Positions 12,760 through 23,589 of a stretch of DNA of 64,000 nucleotides are shown here, piece after piece. Each line of letters begins with the position of its first letter. Within the stretch, counting starts at the first letter, position 1. Source of the stretch: Mobula hypostoma (lineage: Eukaryota); the NCBI RefSeq assembly GCF_963921235.1, contig NC_086097.1, forward strand, positions 4,526,001 through 4,590,000. The letters are read 5' to 3'. Made by a program: the position numbers and the translations under genes. The notes under the pieces were generated by a model that searched no databases, was not told the DNA's origin, and was given only the letters and a program-made list of their open reading frames with translations.

Positions 12760-13308
12760 TGGATCACTGCATCACAGTCTGGTATGGAGGGGATCCTACA
12801 CAGGACCAAAAGAAGCTGCAGAATGTTGTAAATCTAGTCAGCTCCACCTTGGGTACTAGCCTACAAAGTACCCAGGACATCTTTAGGAAGTGGTGTCTCA
12901 GAAAGGCAGCGTCCATTATTAAGGACCCCCAACACCCAGGGCATGCCCTTTTCTCACTGTTACCATCAGGTAGGAGATACAGAAGCCTGAAGGCACACAC
13001 TCAGTGATTCAGGAACAGCTTCTTCCCCTCTGCCATCCAATTCCTAAATGGACAGTGAAGCTTTGGACACTACCTCACTTTTTTTAATATACAGTATTTC
13101 TGTTTTTGCACATTTTTAAAATAATCTATTCAATATACATAACTGATTTACTTGTTTATTTATTATGTTTTATTTTATTTATTATTAGTATTTATTTTTT
13201 CTCTCTCTCTCTCTCTGCTAGATTATGTATTGCATTGAACTGCTGCTGCTGCTAAGTTAACAAATTTCACGTCACATGCTGGTGATAATAAACCTGATTC
13301 TGATTCTG
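12760..13308 (+). mobile_element. Rex1/Babar-type LINE 3' fragment
   Basis: CITVWYG...KLQNVVN...KAASIIKDPQHPGHALFSLLPSGRRYRSL, tail aataaacctgattctgattctg. Confidence 0.8.
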
Positions 13309-13966
13309 CATCTTGAACCTTGTCTGAGCTCACGGGTTGCAATGCTGCCCTCTGCAAGTGGGTTTGTGGTAGCTATAACATTTAGCAATTGCTCTTTCAA
13401 TTGACTCTGGGTGATGCAAAGTGAAGTATTACATCACATGTTCTCCAGAATGAAAGCTTGCCAAAAAGGACAAAAAGACATAACTTCACAAATTTCCTGG
13501 CATATGTCCATGTTAATGAACACAAGAGATTCTGCAGATGCTGGAAATCCAGAGCAGCACAGAAAAAATGCTGAAGGAACTCAGCAGGTCAGGCAACATC
13601 TATGGAAATGAATAAACAGTTGGACGTTTTGGGCCAAGACCCTTCTCCAGGACTGGAAAGAAGTGAGAGAAGATACAAAATAAAGAAGATGGGGAAGAGG
13701 AAGGGATGCATGCTAAATGCTGATAGGTGAAGCCAAGTGGGTTGGGAACGGAGATGGAGCGAGAAGCTGGGTGATGTAGGGTGGAAAAGGTGAAGGGCTG
13801 GAGAGGAAGGGATCTGAGGAGAGGAGAGTCACCATGGGAGGAAAGGAAGGAGGAAGGGCAAAGGGGGGTGGTGATAGGTGGAAAAGGTAAAGGGCTGAAG
13901 AAGGAAAAAAGCTCACAACACGCTGGAGGAACTCAGCAGGTCGGGCAGCATCCGTGGAAAAGATTG

Positions 13967-14002
13967 GTCGACGTTTCGGGCCGGAACCCTTCGTCAGGAC
14001 TG
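13967..14002 (-). ncRNA. Minimal type I hammerhead ribozyme motif, sense to the serpin pre-mRNA
   Basis: Minus strand reads caGTC-CTGACGA-A-GGGttccggCCC-GAAA-C-GTC^GAC: intact core boxes, helix II, helix I GTC/GAC and a loop-less helix III. Confidence 0.7.
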
Positions 14003-15445
14003 AAGAGGGAGGGGGCAGAGGCCCTATAAAGAAGGTGGGGGGAGGGTGGGAAGGAGAAGGCTGGTAGGTTCCAGGTGAAAAACCAGTAAGGGGAAAGATA
14101 AAGGGGTGGGGGAGGGGAGGCAGGGAGGGGATAGGCAGGAAAGGTGAAGAAGGAATAGGGGAAAACACAATGGGTAGTAGAAGGAGGCAGAACCATGAGG
14201 GAGGTGATAGGCAGCTGGGGGAGGGGGCACAGTGACATAGGGATAGAGGAGGGAGGGGGAGGGAATTACCGGAAGTTAGAGAATTCTATGTTCATACCAA
14301 GGGGCTGGAGACTACCTAGACAGTATATGAGGTGTTGCTCCTCCAACCTGAGTTTAGCCTCATCATGGCAGTAGAGGAGGCCATATATGGACATATCTGA
14401 ATGGGAGTGGGAAGCTGAGTTGAAGTGGGTGGCTACTGGGAGATCCTGACTGTTGTGGTGGATGGAGTGGAGGTGCTTGACGAAGCGGTCCCCCAATCTG
14501 CATCGGGTTTCACCGATGTAGAGGAGGCCGCACCGGGAGCACCAGATGCAATAGATGATCCCAACAGACTCACAAGTGAAGTGTTGCCTCACTTGGAAGG
14601 ACTGTTTGGGGTCCTGAATGGTGGCAAGAGAGGAGGTGTAGGGACAGGTGTAGCACTTACGCTTACAGGGATAAGTGCCAGGTGGGAGATTCGTGGGGAG
14701 GGACGTGTGGACCAGGGAATTGCGGAGAGGGGTGGAGAGGGAAAGATGTGCTTAGTGGTGGGGTCCTGTTGAAGGTGGCAGAAGTTGCGGAGGATAATGT
14801 GCTGGATCCGGAGGCTGGTGGGGTGGTAGGTGAGGATAAGGGGAACTCTGTCCCTGTTGTGGTGGCGGGAGGATGGGGTGAGGGCCGAAGTGCGGGAAAC
14901 GGAGGAGATGCGGCTGAGGGCATTATTGATGACGGCAGAAAGGAAACCACGATCCTTAAAGAAAGAGGACATTTGAGATGTCCTGGAACGGAAAACCTCA
15001 TCCTCAGAGCAGATGCGGCAGAGATGGAGGAAATGGGAATAGGGAATGGCATTTTTGCATGTGGCAGGGTGGGAAGAGGTATAGTTGAGAGGACTCAGGT
15101 TGGAGGAGCAACACCTCATATACCGTCTAGGTAGTCTCCAGCCCCTTGGTATGAACATTGAATTCTCCAACTTCCGGTAATTCCCTCCCCTTCCCTTCCC
15201 TTATCCCTATGTCACTCTGCCCCCTCCCCCAGCTGCCTATCACCTCCCTCATGGTTCCGCCTCCTTCTACTACCCATTGTGTTTTCCCCTATTCCTTCTT
15301 CACCTTTCCTGCCTATCACCTCCCTGCCTCCCCTCCCCCACCCCTTTATCTTTCCCCTTACTGGTTTTTCACCTGGAACCTACCAGCCTTCTCCTTCCCA
15401 CCCTCCCCCCACCTTCTTTATAGGGCCTCTGCCCCTTCCCTCTAC

Positions 15446-15480
15446 AGTCCTGACGAAGGATTCCGGCCCGAAACGTCAAC
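15446..15480 (+). ncRNA. Hammerhead motif in the inverted pLTR arm (helices partly mutated)
   Basis: agtc-CTGACGA-a-ggattccggccc-GAAA-c-GTC-aac: core intact, with mismatches in helices I and II. Confidence 0.5.
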
Positions 15481-15809
15481 CGATCTTTTCCATGGATGCT
15501 GCCCGACCTGCTGAGTTCCTCCAGCGTGTTGTGAGTGTTGCTTTGACCCCAGCATCTGCAGGTTATTTTGTGTTTTGTGTTTACGATTTTGTGAAGAAAA
15601 AAATCTGCCAGGAGAGGAGAGTCAGCATGGTAAAAAGGGAAGGAGGGGCATTGGGGGGGGGTGATAGGCAGGTGAGGAGAAGAAGTAGGACAGAGTGGGG
15701 AAGAGGGAAGGGGGAGAGGGACAATATAGTAATAATCACTATAATATTACTAAATATTTGGGTGGTGGAGGGGAGATAGGTTTTTACCAAAGAAGATGTA
15801 AGGTGCTTC

Positions 15810-16135
15810 CTCCTTCTGCTACCCTGCAGGTCACCCTTGTGCAAGGTGTAGCACCTGATTAGCCCCCTGATCAGGGCCATGTGAAGTCATGGGGGCAGGT
15901 GGTGGATGGTCGCATGGGCAGATGGTGCATATCACAAGTCCTGGTTATGCGACCACTGTCTCCAGCATGATAATCTCAGAAGAGTATTGATAATGATTGG
16001 GGTCACTTGTCTTGTAAAGACACTGCCCAGAAGAAGGCAATGACAAGCCACTGCTGTCGAAGAACTTGCCAGGAACAATCATGGCCATGGAAAGACCATT
16101 ATCACCCATGTCATATGACATGGCACATAATGAAT
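15810..16135 (+). mobile_element. Non-autonomous retroelement with an RTE-like 3' end
   Basis: Ends ...gccatgg...atggcacataatga, resembling the 3' end of the RTE in this window (gccatgg...acggcacctgatgatg). Confidence 0.4.
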
Positions 16136-16298
16136 TAAATGAATTTGCATATAGTGACCAGTGATAATAAACCTGATTCTGACAATTATACCGATCCCAA
16201 CTAAAACTTCCCAAAGTTTTGTCCAGCGTTTCACGATCTTTTGTCAAGATAAAAATTGATTGTACAGCGTATTTCTGTTGAACATAGAAGTATCTTAC

Positions 16299-16446
16299 CT
16301 TTGACAATTTTAGTTGTGTAGATTTAGTTATTTTGGAGAGGTTTGCATTTTTAGTGAACAGGTCGGTGATACCCATTGCCATCAGTATATGTTTGAGTTG
16401 GTAGGAAGACTTGAGCAACAACTTTGGAAGGCGTAGATCCACAGAC
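16299..16446 (-). CDS. Clade A serpin exon 4 (148 nt)
   Basis: Acceptor tttacaatag|G, translation (G)SVDLRLPKLLLKSSYQLKHILMAMGITDLFTKNANLSKITKSTQLKLSK, donor AAG|gtaaga, phase 0. Confidence 0.96.
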
Positions 16447-17879
16447 CTATTGTAAACAGGGTCAAGAATATATTAGTTCTATTGTTTCCTTAGGTTTTTC
16501 ATTTTACTGAGCCACTCCCACCGGGGCGGGGGGGGGGGAGGGGAAGCTATGTAGTATCCACGCCAGGACCACTAGACTCAAAAACAGTTACTTTTCCCAA
16601 GCAGTAAAGCTGATCAACACCTCCACCCACTATCCCACCCCTCTAAACCCCCAATCACCACTACTTTATTATTTCCTGTCAGTCACCTTATGTACAAACA
16701 CTCCTGTGCCCAGTGTCACTTTCTTTACACTTGAGTACTGGAAATGACTTGAATCCTGAATCTTGTAATCTCTATGTATAATTGAAAAACACTTCCAGAC
16801 TTCATCCGTTGACTTCACAATATATAAGTCAAGTCAAGTTGCTTTTTATTGTCATTTTGACCATAAGCTGCTGGTACAGTACACAGTAAAAACGAAACAA
16901 AGTTCCTCCAGGACCCTGGTGCTACATGAAACAACACAAAGCTACACTCGACTAAGTGAGACAACACAAAAATTACACTAGACTACAGACCTACACAGGA
17001 CTACATAAAGTGCACAAAACAGTGCAGGGCAGTACAGTAAATAATAAACAAGACAATAGGCACAATAGAGGACAAATTACAATATAATAATAAATGATGT
17101 GCATGTCAGTCTTTTGTACTTACTTTGGTACTTCACCAGAAAACCAACGTTTCTGCAAATCTTTTCAATAGAAATTTACAGCCTTCTTCATGACAGTGAG
17201 TATTACATAAATTTGTGAGGGGTATAGTTAGGGTAAACGCAAATACACCTTTTCCATTGAGGTTGGGTGAGACTAGAACTAGTCATGAGTTAAGGGTGAA
17301 AGGCAAAATATTTAAAGGAAACATGGGGGGAAACTTCTTCATTCAGAGGGTGATGAGAGTGTGGAATGAGCTGCCGGCGGAAGTGGTAGATATGGGTTCA
17401 ATTTCAACGTTTAAGAGAAATGTGGATAGGTGCAAATTTTGTGTGGTTTGCTTTGGAATTATGTTATGTCCATGCTGACTGTGAATATACTTATTCTCCA
17501 GCAGGGGTCACTGATGAGCACAGTCTACTTGACTATTAAAATATTATTCAAATTAACCAAAGAAATGGTTTAAATCTAAAATTGTAGCTTAGCATGGAAA
17601 GATTTCTAAATATTTTTCTTACCGTGAATATATGCTTTTAAGTTCAGCAAACTATTGACATATATTTCTTCCATCCTTAAAATTAAGTTTGATTTTTACA
17701 TATGTAATGAAGATTATTATGAAATGAATAAATATAATTTAATTGGAGTGTTTTACTCTGATTGGTTGATTGTTGTTTCCAACCAAAACATTCCTGCACA
17801 GGCTTTGCAAAGGGTTATATTGAGCCATGTATATTATTTCTGAGTAGAATTTTCTGAAAGACACAGTGCACATGTACGG

Positions 17880-18100
17880 CATCCTTCACAACTTCCCGAT
17901 GTTGTAAATGAATCCCCGGCAGTGAAATGCTTTGGAAATAGCTCACTGTTGTTGCGATGGAAGCATGGCAGCCAATTTACACTCTGCAGCCTTCCAGAGA
18001 CAACAGCGTGATAACGATGATAATTTATGCTTAGCAGTGATGCCTAGGGAACGAAAATACCAGATGAATCCCTGCCTCAAGACGGCAGAATCTATCACCA
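17880..18100 (-). mobile_element. Deu-domain SINE (SacSINE1-like) fragment. Remainder probably at about 21150-21212 and 21515-21575
   Basis: tcactgttgttgcgatggaagcatggcagccaatttacactctgcagc...gtgataacgatgataat resembles the Deu-SINE core as I recall it. The tRNA-like head remnant is ctggagtgggacttaaac. Confidence 0.5.
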
Positions 18101-18443
18101 AGGATACCCACCAGTGATGGAGATACAGGATGGAACAGGCCCTTCCAGCCCTTTGAGCTGTGCTGCTCAGCAACCCCTGCAATTAATTCTAGCCTAATCA
18201 CAGGACGATTTACAATGACCAGTTAACCCACTAACCAGTAGGTCTGTGGACTGTGTGAGGAAACCAGAGCACCTGGAGTTGCCAAGCAGTCACGGGCAGA
18301 ACATACAAACTCCTTACAGCCAGTGGTGAGAATTGAACCTGTGCTCACCTGTACTGTAAGGTGTTGTGCTACCCACTACACTACCCTTGTTTAAAGATAC
18401 AGCACAATAATAGGACCTTTTGTCCCAACAAGCCTGTGACACA

Positions 18444-20612
18444 CTGGATGGGCCCAGACCTGCTGGAAGTGTACAACACTATGCTTCTGGCCGGTAGTAT
18501 GTCAGAGTCCATGAGGAAGGGCATCATCACCCTCATCTATAAGCAGAAGGGGGAAAGGGAGGACATTAGAAACTGGAGACCCATCTCTCTCCTGAATGTG
18601 GACTACAAGATCCTGTCCAAGGCTATCGCCAACAGGGTCAGGTCGGCTCTGGGACAGGTGATCCACCTGGACCAAACCTATGCTGTACCGAGCAGGAAGA
18701 TCTCGGACAGCCTCGCACTGCTGAGGGACACCACCACCTACGTGCAGGACAGGGGGGTGGACGCCTGCCTGGTCAGCTTGGACCAGGAGAAAGCCTTCGA
18801 CAGGATATCACACACGTACATGATGGACGTGCTCTCCAAAATGGGATTTGGGGAGGGAATCCGGAATTGGATCAGACTGCTCTACACAGACATCGGTAGT
18901 GCAGTCCAGGTCAACTGGTGGGAAACAGACAGCTTCCCCATCAGGTCTGGAGTCAGGCAGGGCTGTCGCCTCTCCCCTGTCTTGTTTGCTGCATTGAACC
19001 CTTTGCAGAAGCCATAAGGAGGGATGAGGGCAAAAGAGGGGTGACGCTGCCAGGCAGTGGAGGGACCCAAGTGAAAACCTCCCTGTACATGGATGACGTC
19101 ACCATCTCCTGCTCTGATCCGAGGTCAGTTCGCAGGTTGATTGGCATCTGCTAACAGTTTGAGCTGGCGTCGGGGGCCAGGGTCAACCGCACGAAGAGCG
19201 AAGCCATGCTCTTCGGCAACTGGCCTGACCGATCCAGTGCCCTGTTCACCATCAGGTCTGACCACGTGAAGGTGTTGGGGATCTGGTTTGGAGTGGCTGA
19301 GGCATGCAACAAGAACTGGCAGGAGCTGACTGCCAAGGTGAAACAGAAACTGGGACTGTGGGGAGGGCGCTCCCTGTCGATAACGGGCAAGAACCTGGTC
19401 ATCAGGTGTGAGGTGCTCTCAGGGCTGCTGTACTTGGCGCAGGTCTGGCCCGTCCCCCGCTCCTACAGCTCGGAAATCACCCGGGCTGTCTTCAGATTCA
19501 TCTAGAGATCCAAGATGGAGTGGGTGAGACGGACCGTCATGCACAAGTCCCTGGACAACGGGGGCAAGAACGTCCCCAATGTCGCCCTCACCCTGATGGC
19601 CAGCTTCGTATGTGGCTGCATCAGGTTGTGTGTAGAACCCAGGTATGTGGGCACCAAGTATCACTATGTGCCCAGGTTCTACCTGTCGCCCTGGCTACGA
19701 AGGACGGGTTTGGTCCCACTCCCGCGCAACGTCCCAGTCAGCTGGTCGTTGCCGCCATACCTGTCCTTCGTAGAAAAGTTCTTCCAGGAGAACGCCTTTG
19801 ACCACAGGGCCATCAGGCAGTGGTCGGCATGTAATGTCCTGCAGGCACTGCAGGAGAAGGACGTGATGGACATAGTGGGGTGGCTCCCGGAGCAGACCGC
19901 CCGGTGCATCTGGCAAAATGCCTCATCACCAGACCTCACCAACAGGTACCAGGACCTCGCCTGGCTGGTGGTGAGAGGGGCCCTCCCAGTCAGATCCCTC
20001 CTGTACACCCGGAACGTTGTCTCCGCACCTCACTGCCCACGGGAGGACTGCAGTGAGGAGGAGTCTGTGACCCACCTCTTCGCACACTGCCAGTTCGCAA
20101 AGAGGGTGTGGAGTAGGATGGACGGGCTAGTGTCACGTTTTATCCCCAGCAGATGCATAACAGAGGACTCTCTGATCTACGGGCTGTTCCCGGGGACGCA
20201 CACGGAGACCAACATCCGGTGCTGCTGGCAGATCATCAACTCGGTGAAAGACGCTCTTTGGTCAGCCCGAAACTTGATGATCTACCAGCACATGGAGATG
20301 TCCGTGGGAGAATGCTGCCGACTGGCACATTCTCGGCTGCAGGAGTACGTGCTGAGGGACGTGCTGAAACTCGGTGCAGCCACCGCAAGGGCCCAGTGGG
20401 GAAGGACCACGGTATAGGTTTCTCCACCCGTGGGAGTGAGAGGGGTCGGAGGGCGGGGAGTATACCCCTCAACAATGATATGGTAAGGTGAACAACTGGA
20501 GTGCCACGTGGGTGGCCATAAGTATGGATATGTACAAACTATAAGGGAAAGTATGTAAAGGATGGAAAGTTATTGAATGGTTTATTGTATATAATTTTAT
20601 TTTTTGAATAAT
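18444..20612 (+). mobile_element. Tx1-clade (L1-related) LINE, 5'-truncated ORF2 with RT and C-terminal CCHC finger
   Basis: GIITLIYKQKG..IRNWRPISLLNVDYKILSK, SLDQEKAFDR, GVRQGC, LYMDD and CPREDCSEEESVTHLFAHC. One frameshift (about 18990) and two stops (about 19152, 19503). Visibly GC-richer than the flanks. Confidence 0.9.
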
Positions 20613-21697
20613 ACACAAGCCTAGCAAATTAGGCTAGTGACTGGTTCATCTTTGGACTGTGTGAGGAAATTGGAGCACCCAAAGGAATCCCATGTGATCA
20701 CGGAGAGAACATACGAACTCCTTACAGACAGCAGAGGGAAGCAAACTCCAGTCGCTGGCACTGTACCACTATGCCACAGTGCTGTCCCAGTCTGGGTCAT
20801 ACCATCTTCTCCCTGTTACTACTAGGCATGAGGTGCAGAAGCCTGCAGTCCGCACTACCCAGTCCAGCAGCAGTTGCTTTCTATAATCATCAAATGGTCT
20901 GCACAGTCCTAATCCTGCCTCAACAACAGAACACCAACTGAACTTCTGTTGTGATCATCTCTATTTTTTCCACCAATGAACGGTCATTTTTCCTCTCTCT
21001 CTTGTGTAATTAATATATAATTTATATTCTGTGTGTTGTCTCCAGCTTCATGCCTGTGGCTGTTGCAAGCAAATTTTCCAGTGCACCTGTACCTCACCAG
21101 ACTTATAGACTGAACAATAAACTCAGCTTGATTTGGCATCAGTTCTCAGGAGCCTTGGTTAAACACTCCATCTGAAGAGCAGAGCTCCAACTGCACAGGT
21201 GAATCAGCCAAGACTCTACTTTTTATTTGTCTTGAGATACAGGCCCTTCCAGTCCAACAAGCCACTCTGCCCAGCAACCCTAGCCTACTCACAGGACAAT
21301 TTGCAATGACCAATTAACTTATTAACAGATACATCTTTGGAGTTTGGGAGGAAACCAGAGCACCAGGAAGAATCCCCCGCAATCAGGGAGGGAATGTACA
21401 AACTCCTTACAGACAGCATCGATACCGAGCTCTGAACTCCAATGCCCGGAGCTGTAACGACATCGCAGCAACTGCTACGCCAGCTTAGAGCCCACTATGC
21501 TTCTGTGATTCTTGTGATCGAGTTTCTGGAGTGGGACTTAAACTAATAAATTTCTGCTCTGAAGCGACAAACTGTACCTCAAAAGCTCAGAAGTTATTTA
21601 AATATTTTAAATCACCAATAACATAAACCTATAGAATGAAAATAAACATTGATTTCCACTACAAGCAGTTTTTTCTATATGTCTTTTGAGCACATGG

Positions 21698-22281
21698 CAG
21701 ACATCCCAACTCTCCCGGAAGTTCCGGGAGCCTCTCACATATGAATAGTGGCTCCCTGATGCCCGCAAATTATATACAATATGACGGAAATCAGTTTTTT
21801 TGAGAGTGAACGAGCAAGAGAAAGCAAGCGAGAGAGAGAGAGAGCGCGCGAGCGAGACAGCGCGTGAGCGAGAGAGAGAGAGAGAGCAAGTGAGAGCGTG
21901 AGAGACCACGAGAGAGAGAGAGCGAGAGCGCGCCATGGCAGAGTGTTCCGAAGAGAAAAGAAAATATAAAACGTATGTCACCCCAGACTACACTAAAGTG
22001 TACCCCTGCCTAATAGGGGTAAAAAATAATGACAGTGTTGCTCGCTGCACTGTTTGCAACAGTGACTTTTCTATCGCCCATGGTGGGTTAAGACTGTAAA
22101 AGTCATGTTGAGGTGAGTTTAACAGGTGTCATTTGTTCATTAGCATAGCTAACGTTATTTAAACTAGCTGGCCAGCTGCTAAGGAGCCACTCTATTGCAG
22201 ACATCCCACCTCTCCCGGAAGTCTCCCGCAAATTGATGGTGCTAGCTCCCTGAAATCAGTTTTTGCAGGGTGGGATGTCTG
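21698..22281 (+). mobile_element. Non-autonomous hAT-like DNA transposon with BED-finger remnant and 6-bp TSD
   Basis: TIRs CAGACATCCCA...TGGGATGTCTG, with ACATGG at 21692-21697 and 22282-22287. ATG 21935 gives MAECSEEKRKYKTY...ARCTVCNSDFSIAHGGL, then a frameshift to DCKSHVE and a gtgagt donor. Confidence 0.8.
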
Positions 22282-23589
22282 ACATGGTAGTATAGTAGTT
22301 AGCATGATGCTATGACAGCTCAGGGCATCAGAGTTAATGTCTTTGGACATTCAGAGGACACAGCCACAGAATAGAGGGGCGTCCTTTTAGACCAGAGATG
22401 AGAAGGGATTTGTTTAGACAGAGAGTGGTGAATGTGTGGACTTCACTGCCTCAGGCAGCTGTGAAAACCAAGTCATTGGGTATTATTTCAGGCAGAGGTT
22501 GATACGGGGAGAAAGCGGGAGATTGGGCTGAGAGGGAAAATAGATCAACCATGATGAGATGTTGGAGCAGACTCAATGGGCCAAATGGCCTAATTCTGCT
22601 CCTATGCCTTATGGTCTTATAGGTAGGAGTTCAAATCCTTCCCATGCACAAGTGGGTTTCCTCCAGCTGATCCCATTTTCTCTCGTATTCCAAAGCCATA
22701 CTAGTTAGTAGGTTAATTGGTCATTGTAAATTTTCCTGTGGTTAGTATGGGGTTAAATCGGGTGTTGCTAGCTGGTGTGGCTTGTTGGGCTGGAAGGGCT
22801 GTATCTCTAAATAATAAGCAAAAAAATTAAAAATAATTAAAACCACCACCTGAGCAAACGTGTCCTTATCAGCCCCATCATTTTGTGATTTATTTAATCT
22901 ATGCCACTGAGAGAAAAGGAGCAGTTTCACACTGTTTAACGTATCTGAAAGTGAGATAGGCAGTGAGTGAACTGTTACTTTCCACAGGTTGAAGGAACAC
23001 AACGTTTTGGAGAGCAATTTACAGCTTCTTGCTTTTTAACTGAACATCTGCGATCACCAGAAGCTGTGGTGCCACTTTCCGTGCGGTTAATTAGCTGCCT
23101 CACAGTTACGTCTACCGCAGATTTCAACTCCCACACGGAAAATCCTCAAAGATGTCACTACGCTGTAGAACAAGTCCTCCCAATAAGCACACAGCCCAGA
23201 GAGTTCAAATGTCCTTGGGCTGCAAAATATGTCACTACTTCAGTTATAGAACCAGATTTTATTGCTAGAAGATCCCTCAACTGGGGATTAATTAGGCATA
23301 TATCCATGGTGAATCTGTGACATAATTTAAGATAGAACCTCGCTCTCAGACAAGTTCCTTAAGGTTATCATAGCTGATAGGGACAGTCGTGGGATAAGCT
23401 CCCACTACCTATTAAATGCTCCTAATGGCGTGCGTCTCGAATAGGCTTTGACAACCAAGTCCAGCTTCTGGCCTTCACGTGTGGTTCAGCTACTAAGCCC
23501 AACAGAACTGTTTCTACTGACAGGAGATGAGGCAACAATGTGTTACTACCACCTCAAAACCAGTCGCTTTAAGCAGATGGGGTTGCAAG

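Larger units (their letters stand above)
13912..15575 (-). mobile_element. Penelope-like element: RT C-terminus and GIY-YIG endonuclease between inverted pseudo-LTRs
   Basis: LNYTSSHP..CKNAIPYS..RICS followed by FTCESVGIIYCIWCSRCGLLYIGETR..LGDRF..H..PVATHFN..LGSLQPLGMN (14266-14592). 13912-14353 and 15093-15535 are near-identical inverted repeats. Confidence 0.92.

Noticed and set aside
13713..15779. Proline/serine-rich ORFs (13713-14168, 13933-14238, 15158-15514, 15279-15779) as duplicated genes
   Set aside because: They are translations of the pyrimidine-rich inverted Penelope pLTRs.
15945..16442. 165-aa ORF as a gene or alternative C-terminus
   Set aside because: Only 16446-16299 is serpin. 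The extension crosses a canonical donor into repeat sequence.
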